Below, one piece after another: positions 1 through 6,137 of a DNA stretch of 10,097 bases. A program made the position numbers and the translations under genes. Within the stretch, counting starts at the first letter, position 1; the number at the start of each line of letters is the position of its first letter. The DNA is from Promethearchaeota archaeon. Its GTDB lineage: Archaea; Asgardarchaeota; Lokiarchaeia; Sigyniarchaeales; SOKP01. A model generated the notes under the pieces. The model was given only the letters and a program-made list of their open reading frames with translations. It made no database searches and was not told the DNA's origin. The DNA is taken from the NCBI GenBank assembly GCA_011364975.1, contig RDOE01000109.1, positions 1 to 10,097 on the forward strand. The letters are read 5' to 3'.

Positions 1-88
1 TCTTTAAGTGATAATTATTAAAATAAGAGATTTAATCATAAACCTAAAATTGAGATTATTGAATTTTTCCAAAAGGTAGGAATGCTGA

Positions 89-208
89 GGTTCGGTCGTC
101 TAGCCTGGATTTATTTAATGCGGAGAGGACATCCACCTCCGGAACTGATCTTCAGAGGTTTAATAGCAATTACAATTAACTAATTGCTGAACTAACCCCT
201 CCGGACCG
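89..208 (+). tRNA. tRNA-Arg(CCG)-like gene with two non-canonical introns (D-loop about 111-125, T-loop about 164-194); possibly degenerate
   Basis: Acceptor stem GGTTCGG (89-95) pairs with CCGGACC (201-207), followed by discriminator G208. D stem is GTCT (98-101)/GGAC (127-130). Removing 111-125 gives the Arg-type D loop AGCCTGGATA. The anticodon loop is CT-CCG-GA (137-143). T stem is AGAGG (154-158)/CCCCT (196-200) with one mismatch. The T-loop insert has an 8-bp hairpin AGCAATTA/TAATTGCT next to a GTTT/GAAC helix with 3-nt bulges (BHB-like). The anticodon stem TCCAC/ACTGA pairs only 2 of 5. Confidence 0.6.
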
Positions 209-281
209 CTAATCCATTTTGATTATCAAAGGTCTATCATTTAACAATTACAATTTTGTAAAAAAAAGTAATTTAACTCTC

Positions 282-311
282 TTTAAAAAAATTTTTTTTT
301 CTTACAAAATA
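282..311. terminator. Probable bidirectional oligo-T terminator zone between the convergent tRNA-like gene and 7-TM gene
   Basis: Abutting A-run and T-run (TTTAAAAAAATTTTTTTTT) give U-tracts on both strands, as in archaeal intrinsic terminators. Confidence 0.35.
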
Positions 312-321
312 AAAGCGATGA

Positions 322-1056
322 TTAATTATTTCTTAGAAAAAGCTTTTTCATCCAGTTAGGAAGCATAAAACCACCGTAAAATTCGATAGAACTAGAGATT
401 AAAATTAGTCTAGCAATTATCATAATCGCAATGGAAATTCCACTTAATATTTCTAAAATTGCCCCTAAGACAAAAGAAACGAATGCAATTATCAGTAATC
501 TTCCCTTTAATCTTATTTCTGGATTATCATCTTTTAAAGATTCCTTACCAAAAAGGATTCCCGTAATCAGCATATATATTACAAGAAAAAACTGATATAG
601 CGTAATAAGTATATTATAATCAGCATCGATTGGACTTATTACTTCCCCTATTAATCTTGGGTCAATCATAACTAATATAAAAAAAATTACTTCCATTATG
701 ATTCCAATAGAGGCAAATATCATTCTAAAAACTCTCTTTTTTGATTGATAAACTAAATCAGTGAAAACTATGCTCCAAATGAACGCTGCTATTGGAAGTG
801 GGGTAAACCCTATTATAAAGTAAATATGTGGAGTGGTCATATAGCCCGTCCCATTAAAAATAAGTGCGATTATAAACGAACTTGAGCTGGCATACCAAGA
901 AGAAATAAGTAGCAATAGTATTATACCAAATAGAAATATTAATTTACTTTTATATTGCCGATACTTTAATAAAAATAATATACTAATAAACACAGAAATA
1001 ATTACAAATATAAGGCTAAAACTTCCATTTAAAATCTGTATTATACTCAACGCCAT
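322..1056 (-). CDS. Stand-alone 7-TM integral membrane protein of unknown function (sensor-like, no cytoplasmic output domain)
   Basis: 244-aa ORF with seven hydrophobic segments separated by short charged loops (KYRQYKSK, QSKKR, KESLKDDNPEIRLKGR), ending in GFMLPNWMKKLF. A GAGG motif lies 11 nt upstream of the ATG. Confidence 0.8.
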   Translation of the reverse strand: MALSIIQILNGSFSLIFVIISVFISILFLLKYRQYKSKLIFLFGIILLLLISSWYASSSSFIIALIFNGTGYMTTPHIYFIIGFTPLPIAAFIWSIVFTDLVYQSKKRVFRMIFASIGIIMEVIFFILVMIDPRLIGEVISPIDADYNILITLYQFFLVIYMLITGILFGKESLKDDNPEIRLKGRLLIIAFVSFVLGAILEILSGISIAIMIIARLILISSSIEFYGGFMLPNWMKKLFLRNN

Positions 1057-1221
1057 TTATTCGGTTGCCTCTCTTTTTTTGAAAATCTTTAATTTAAATT
1101 TTATAATAATTTTTTAATAATAATTTTTTAAAATATAATAAAAAAAATGTTTTATTTATTTTTGTTGTTTGTTTGACTACAAATTTAAAATGTGGTTTTT
1201 ATGCCATATAACATAGATTTT

Positions 1222-1971
1222 TTACTTTTTTAGCAGGGTAAGGATTTCCTCGTAGGAACTCAATACATTTTTAACCTGGGGATTATTTAAACCATCAATT
1301 GGATTTCCCTCATAAACAGATTGCCCATCATTTATGAATAACATCTTTTCAGCCCAATGTTCAACAAAGAAAAGATTGTGAGTGGTGAACATTATAGTTA
1401 AGTCTTGTAGTTTTCTTAGGTTTTCTAGGATTTCCAAATGATTATAAATTGATTTAAAGTCCAGATTTGCGAATGGTTCATCTAAAATTAGTAATTTAGG
1501 CTTCATTACTAATAAACCTGCTAATGCAACTCTCTTTTTTTGACCCCAAGATAAATCAAAAGGAGAATAATTTTTATAATCCTCCAATCTAACAGCTTTT
1601 AGCGCCCAGTCAACTCGAATAGTAATTTCATCCTCATCGAGTTTTAGATTTCTTGCTCCAAATCCGATATCTTCCTTAACAGTTGGTGCAAAAAGTTGAT
1701 CATCGGGATTTTGAAATAAGAAACCAACCTGTTTTCTAATATTCCATAGCTTTTGCTTGTCTTTGGTTAATAATTGGTCAAAAATCTTTATGCTACCTGA
1801 TGTAGGCCAAATAAGTCCCACCAATAATCTAAGAAGTGTAGTTTTACCTGAACCATTGTTTCCTATTAACGCATAGATTGAATTCTTTTCAACTTTAAGT
1901 GATAGTTTGGATAATTGAAAACCAGAATTATAATTGAAATTAATTTTTTCTACTTCTACTGCATAAATAAT
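1222..1971 (-). CDS. cbiO: ECF transporter ATPase (CbiO/NikO/EcfA), 249 aa, extended 49 codons beyond the ORF-track start; predicted ATT start
   Basis: The frame stays open from TTG 1824 up to TAG at 1974-1972 and reads IIYAVEVEKINFNY...ALIGNNGSGKTTLLRLL. Walker A GNNGSGKT is at 1863-1840. Also present are Q-loop FQNPDDQ, signature LSWGQKKR, Walker B LLILDEP and H-loop TTH. SD-like AGGTG at 1983-1979. Overlaps the cbiQ end by 16 nt. The product call is firm; the exact start is inferred. Confidence 0.9.
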   Translation of the reverse strand: MIYAVEVEKINFNYNSGFQLSKLSLKVEKNSIYALIGNNGSGKTTLLRLLVGLIWPTSGSIKIFDQLLTKDKQKLWNIRKQVGFLFQNPDDQLFAPTVKEDIGFGARNLKLDEDEITIRVDWALKAVRLEDYKNYSPFDLSWGQKKRVALAGLLVMKPKLLILDEPFANLDFKSIYNHLEILENLRKLQDLTIMFTTHNLFFVEHWAEKMLFINDGQSVYEGNPIDGLNNPQVKNVLSSYEEILTLLKK

Positions 1972-2762
1972 CTAATTACACCTACAAAAATATATTCAAG
2001 ATCAATAAAATAGATTAAGGATATCATTAATCCTACAGATAAAATCAGCACGAGATAATCAAGAAATTTCATTCTTTTTGGAGCGAAAGTGAGCTTTCCA
2101 GTGAATCCCCTCATTTTGAGGCTATCATATAAATGTTCACTTCTTTCCATATTTTGAACCACATTTTTTGCCATGATATACGCATGTGTCTTCAATCTCT
2201 GCCAATACTTCGTTATATTTTTCCCTCTTATTTCTTGAGCTTCCAAGATTTTCTTATTTGAGCTTGCGAGGATTGGAATATAGTGGAGCATAATAACAAT
2301 ACTGCCTACAAAAAAGGCGGGAATGACTCGTATTTTTGTTAAAGATTCTATGTATTCAGAATAAGTTAATGAAGAAAAAAAGGATAAAAAAGTAAATGCG
2401 GCGAGTATAACTCTAAGGAAGATTAGAGCTGCTATCTTTAAGCCTTCACTATAGATAATAATTGGAAACACAAAACTGAATTGAACAAGAATGGTATTAC
2501 CGTAATAGAATGGTATGAATATCGTCATTAGTAGCACGAATGGAATCAATATCTTCAATCTTGATAAAATTTGGATGAGATGTAAATGGAATATTACATT
2601 AATGAGAGAGATAAAGATAAGAATAGTGATAATAAGATATAGATTTGCTATAAATAAGCATGGTACTACAAATATAAATGGTAATATAAATCGAATTAAA
2701 GGATGAATGTAGTTGAAAAGGTTCGCTTCTTCTTCATGCTTAAACGGTAACTCGCTCTTCAT
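1956..2762 (-). CDS. cbiQ: ECF transporter transmembrane T component (CbiQ/NikQ/EcfT)
   Basis: Hydrophobic 268-aa protein with an N-terminal IHPLIRF motif and the two EcfT Arg motifs AQEIRG and SLKMRGF. It lies between the ECF ATPase and cbiM. GAAGGT precedes the ATG. Confidence 0.9.
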   Translation of the reverse strand: MKSELPFKHEEEANLFNYIHPLIRFILPFIFVVPCLFIANLYLIITILIFISLINVIFHLHLIQILSRLKILIPFVLLMTIFIPFYYGNTILVQFSFVFPIIIYSEGLKIAALIFLRVILAAFTFLSFFSSLTYSEYIESLTKIRVIPAFFVGSIVIMLHYIPILASSNKKILEAQEIRGKNITKYWQRLKTHAYIMAKNVVQNMERSEHLYDSLKMRGFTGKLTFAPKRMKFLDYLVLILSVGLMISLIYFIDLEYIFVGVIRLFMQ

Positions 2763-2855
2763 ATAGAAAAACCTTCAAATATAATAATATACCTGCCTAA
2801 ATTAGAATTTCCTAAGAGTAATTCTGTTTTTAATTTAGGAAGTTATACTTCATAC

Positions 2856-2925
2856 TAATTTATAAATTAATCATATCTTTTATAAATAATACTAGATTAT
2901 TAAAAAATAATACTCAATTGTATTA
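2856..2925. promoter_or_regulatory. Divergent promoter region: two TTTATAAA boxes plus candidate metal-regulator operator
   Basis: Perfect 14-bp palindrome TAATTTATAAATTA (2856-2869) containing TTTATAAA, and a second TTTATAAA at 2879-2886. ATAATA-N16-TAATAC at 2886-2913 has NikR-like geometry. Inverted repeat TAATAC-N6-GTATTA at 2908-2925. The AT-rich background weakens all of these. Confidence 0.45.
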
Positions 2926-2957
2926 AAATTACTTTTTAATAAATTAAAGGGAAAAAC

Positions 2958-3626
2958 ATGCATTTGCCCGATGGTTTATTAGATCCAATTACCATTGTTG
3001 TTTTATGGATTATAACTATAGTTTTTATGATCTTTGGCTATTTCAAAATGAATAATCTATTTAAAAATGCAGAATCAGATCGTCTTATTCCTTATATTGG
3101 AGTATTAGCTGCAGTAATCTTTGCATTTCAATTTGTTAATTACCCTATCCCTGGAGGTACTTCTGGCCATTTAGTGGGTGGAACATTAGTAGCAGTCATT
3201 CTTGGACCTTGGGCATCCCTAATTGTATTATTTCTCATCTTGGTTGTTCAAAGTCTTTTTGGAGATGGAGGTATAACAGTCTTAGGGGTTAATGCGTTCA
3301 ATATGGGAATAATTGGTGGAATTTTTGGCTTTTATATAGTTGTATTATTTGTAAGATTATTAAATCACACATCTTTGAAAAAAGAAATTAAAGTAACATT
3401 ATCGACAGCAATTGGGGCATATATCTCAATAGTTTTGGCTGCATTAATATGTGGAATTGAAATTTCTCTTAATGGGATTATTTCAATTCAAGTTGCGGTC
3501 CCAGCTATGGTTTTTTGGCATCTATTTATAGGAATTGGAGAAGCAGTGATCTCTGCTTTGATTGTCTATTACATCTACAAAGCAAAACCAGACTTTATTA
3601 CCACAGAAGCTATTATGGGGGTGTAA
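2958..3626 (+). CDS. cbiM: Ni/Co ECF transporter substrate-specific S component (CbiM/NikM)
   Basis: N-terminal metal-binding MHLPDG motif, plus FAFQFVNYPIPGGTSGHLVGG, FGDGGITVLGVNAFNMG and HLFIGIGEAVIS. AAGGG precedes the ATG. Confidence 0.95.
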   Translation: MHLPDGLLDPITIVVLWIITIVFMIFGYFKMNNLFKNAESDRLIPYIGVLAAVIFAFQFVNYPIPGGTSGHLVGGTLVAVILGPWASLIVLFLILVVQSLFGDGGITVLGVNAFNMGIIGGIFGFYIVVLFVRLLNHTSLKKEIKVTLSTAIGAYISIVLAALICGIEISLNGIISIQVAVPAMVFWHLFIGIGEAVISALIVYYIYKAKPDFITTEAIMGV

Positions 3627-3629
3627 ATA

Positions 3630-3956
3630 TTGAATCAATTTATAGAGAAATATAAAAAAACTCTTCTTTACACTTCGATAATTATTGTAATACTTATTTT
3701 TGTTCTCGCAATTGGGTTTCCTTTGGGCTTTCTCTCAGGTGATCCGGATGGATTAGAACGAACTATAATAGATTCCCAAGGAGAAACATGGTTAGAAAAC
3801 CTTGAAGCATTTTGGTACCCGATACTCAGCTGGATTGAGAATGAATATATAGCTGGGATTATAGGGCTTCTTTTAACTCTAGCTATAGCAATAGGGTTGT
3901 TTAATTTAATGAAATATCTTAGAAATAAAAGAATTACTGGAACCCCTGTATCGTAG
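3630..3956 (+). CDS. PDGLE-domain auxiliary membrane component of the Ni/Co ECF transporter (NikN-like)
   Basis: Two TM helices flank a loop with the literal PDGLE motif (GDPDGLER). The TTG start is 3 nt after the cbiM stop, with GGGGGTG 6 nt upstream. Confidence 0.9.
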   Translation: MNQFIEKYKKTLLYTSIIIVILIFVLAIGFPLGFLSGDPDGLERTIIDSQGETWLENLEAFWYPILSWIENEYIAGIIGLLLTLAIAIGLFNLMKYLRNKRITGTPVS

Positions 3957-3968
3957 TAATGATAAAAA

Positions 3969-3984
3969 TTTTTTTCGTTTTTTT
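3969..3984 (+). terminator. Oligo-T terminator after the cbiM-PDGLE unit
   Basis: TTTTTTTCGTTTTTTT begins about 12 nt after the stop codon. Confidence 0.45.
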
Positions 3985-4242
3985 CAATTGCTTTTGATAA
4001 ATATTAAAAGCTTTTCTCTTAACAATAAATAGACAGGATTTTTTTTGAAGATGATTACCAAATTTTTTATTTTTTTCTGCCTATTAAATGTAAAAAGTAA
4101 TTATTATAACTTTGAAATATGGAAGAAACTTCAGAGCTATGTCAAATATGTAAGAACTACCAAAACTATATTCATGGTAATAAAAAATAAAATGTATTTA
4201 ATATAATAATTTTAATAAATTAGTTTGTTAAAAAACCAATGA

Positions 4243-5097
4243 ATGATAGAAATAATGACAAATAAAAGTGATAATAAAATAAAGAAAACATATCAAGTGG
4301 AAACAGGATATTTTGAAGATGATCTACCTTATGCTCGAATCGGAAGTGAACCAAAAATCCTCCTCAATATTGAGGCGTTATCAACTGAACATAAACCGCC
4401 ATCAGGATTCACATTAGGGCAATTTAAAAAAACAGCTAAACCTTTTCTTAACGATTATACTGTATATCTAGTGGGGAGAAAGCCAAATTTACCAGAGGGT
4501 TACTTATTTGACAAAATGGCAGATGATTATGCAGAGATGATCCGAAGAGAATTTAAAGGACCGGTTGATGTGGCTGGAGTATCAACAGGTGGACAGCTTG
4601 CTCATTATTTGGCAGCTAATCATCCTGATACAGTTCGAAAGTTAGTAATTATGTCTTCCGCTTATCGGTTAAGTGATAAGGGTGTAGAAATTGAACGAAA
4701 TGCAGCTAAATACTTTCAACAAAAAAAATATGGAAAATCAATGGCAACAATGATGGAAATGGTCTTTCCCTCTGGTATAAAAAGTTCATTAATCAAATTT
4801 TTTATAAAAGTATTCGGGAAAATGATGTTCAGAAAGGTTAAATACCCAAACGATTTTTTGGTTGAGGTTAGAGCGGATCGGGAAATGAATTTCAAGGATA
4901 GACTTTCTGAGATTAAGGCACCTACCTTGATACTGAGTGGAGAGTTAGATATTGGTTATTCAGCTGAGGATGTTCGTATTACTGCTGAAGGGATTCCAAA
5001 TTCAAAATTAATTCTTTATAAAGGATATGGACATAATCTCACGATGTCTAATCGAAAACAAGTTTTAAAAGATGTTTTAGAATTCTTACGATCCTAA
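4243..5097 (+). CDS. Alpha/beta-fold hydrolase (substrate unknown)
   Basis: Nucleophile elbow GVSTGG, AANHPDTVRKLVI, PTLILSGELD (catalytic Asp) and YKGYGH (catalytic His). A TATA-like TTTAATAA about 25-30 nt upstream suggests a leaderless start; ATG 4255 is an alternative. Confidence 0.9.
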   Translation: MIEIMTNKSDNKIKKTYQVETGYFEDDLPYARIGSEPKILLNIEALSTEHKPPSGFTLGQFKKTAKPFLNDYTVYLVGRKPNLPEGYLFDKMADDYAEMIRREFKGPVDVAGVSTGGQLAHYLAANHPDTVRKLVIMSSAYRLSDKGVEIERNAAKYFQQKKYGKSMATMMEMVFPSGIKSSLIKFFIKVFGKMMFRKVKYPNDFLVEVRADREMNFKDRLSEIKAPTLILSGELDIGYSAEDVRITAEGIPNSKLILYKGYGHNLTMSNRKQVLKDVLEFLRS

Positions 5098-5151
5098 ATT
5101 TTAATAAAAAAAGAGATAAAAGTAAAAAGTTGATTTAATTTCAATCTAATT

Positions 5152-6060
5152 TTAATCTGCATGAGCAGAGATAATTAAATCAGCAAACAACTTCATATCA
5201 TTCAAGAGCATGTTTAATTTATCTTGAGAATCGCGATCTATCTCTCCCGTTTTCATAATGAGTACCGAGATAATGTATTTAAAGATGTGTAGTTCAATCT
5301 CTTTGCCATCTTCATTTAATCCTTTAAAGACAGCAGAATCAGACATGAAGATATTTTCTCTTACTGTATTACATGCATCGATAAAATCCCTAAGATCACC
5401 TCTGAGGGTTAAACCACTGCTAACACCTTGTACGTTGTGAACAATAACATTACCCGATACATCAGAAATTATTATTTTTGCCTTGATTTCTTCAAGCTTT
5501 GCTTCTGCTTTTTCTACGTGGGTTTTTAACTCTGCATATGATGAGATTAAAATATCTCTAAATACTTTCGCCAACTCATCTTGTTGATAAATACTGGTCA
5601 ACATATAATTAAAATCATATTCCTTAAACATATCTAAAAATATTTCTTTTGCTTTCTTAACATTTGTATCTAAAAGTTCCTTCTGATAATCAGTAGTATC
5701 GAATTTATGAAAGAAAAGGAATATTTTCGGCTTTTCATTATTTTTACGATATATATCAAGTAATCCTTTAAAATACTCTTTAGCTTGGGAGAAACTTTTA
5801 GGATCATGTAAATCTACAATCGGAATCAATACATCTGTACCTTTAAAAATCTCAGGCTTTTCCATGTATTCTTTACGATATTGTTCCTGTCCTCCAAAAT
5901 CAAATATCCCTACCTGCAATCCTAAGAAAGGATGTCTTCTGGTCTCATACAATATCGTTGGGCTCAAATTTTTAGTATCTTCGGGAGTTTTTTCAGCAAA
6001 TGCTACGGAGTATAAACTGGTTTTACCGCATCCCCCTAGTCCAACAAGACTAATTTTAAT
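5152..6060 (-). CDS. Rag/Gtr-like small GTPase with C-terminal roadblock-like domain, 302 aa, extended 31 codons beyond the ORF-track start; predicted ATT start
   Basis: The frame is open up to TGA at 6069-6067 and reads (I/M)KISLVGLGGCGKTSLYSVAF. Motifs: G1 GLGGCGKT (6042-6019), G2 LSPT, G3 DFGGQ, G4 HKFD, G5 TSIY. The C-terminal ~120 aa (KIIISDVSGNVIVH...ISVLIMK plus a terminal helix) has a roadblock-like pattern. AGGTGA at 6072-6067. Confidence 0.88.
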   Translation of the reverse strand: MKISLVGLGGCGKTSLYSVAFAEKTPEDTKNLSPTILYETRRHPFLGLQVGIFDFGGQEQYRKEYMEKPEIFKGTDVLIPIVDLHDPKSFSQAKEYFKGLLDIYRKNNEKPKIFLFFHKFDTTDYQKELLDTNVKKAKEIFLDMFKEYDFNYMLTSIYQQDELAKVFRDILISSYAELKTHVEKAEAKLEEIKAKIIISDVSGNVIVHNVQGVSSGLTLRGDLRDFIDACNTVRENIFMSDSAVFKGLNEDGKEIELHIFKYIISVLIMKTGEIDRDSQDKLNMLLNDMKLFADLIISAHAD

Positions 6061-6137
6061 GATTTTTCACCTTTTTTCTTTCTTATTTGGTTTTTATAAT
6101 TATTCATTTCATATATTTTTTTATTAAAATTAATTAA

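Noticed and set aside
84-215. Structured RNA as tRNA-Sec or a SECIS element (TTCA at 151-154)
   Set aside because: There is no extended acceptor stem or long variable arm around TCA. The 7-bp acceptor stem, D loop and CT-CCG-GA loop fit tRNA-Arg better.
322-1056. 7-TM protein as a rhodopsin (schizorhodopsin/heliorhodopsin)
   Set aside because: Helix 7 has no retinal-binding lysine (no DxxxK or SxxxK motif), and there is no RYxxW-type motif in helix 3.
1222-1824. cbiO (and likewise the GTPase) as 5'-truncated pseudogenes, as the ORF track implies
   Set aside because: The missing N-terminal motifs are present in frame and intact upstream of the called starts; only a canonical start codon is lacking.
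2515-2706. 63-aa plus-strand ORF
   Set aside because: Lies wholly antisense to cbiQ; its Ile/Asn-rich composition is the expected shadow of a hydrophobic gene.
2763-2957. Cobalamin riboswitch upstream of the cbiM-like gene
   Set aside because: The region is very AT-rich, with no B12-box or GC-rich stems visible on either strand.
5258-5440. 60-aa plus-strand ORF
   Set aside because: Antisense to the GTPase C-terminal domain, with no recognisable motif.
6067-6069. In-frame TGA upstream of the GTPase as a possible selenocysteine codon
   Set aside because: Reading through it reaches TAA at 6096-6094 with no start codon in between, and the TGA is part of the AGGTGA Shine-Dalgarno motif.
5864-6127. 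87-aa plus-strand ORF with several Cys
   Set aside because: Antisense to the G1-G3 region of the GTPase, which fully explains the sequence.
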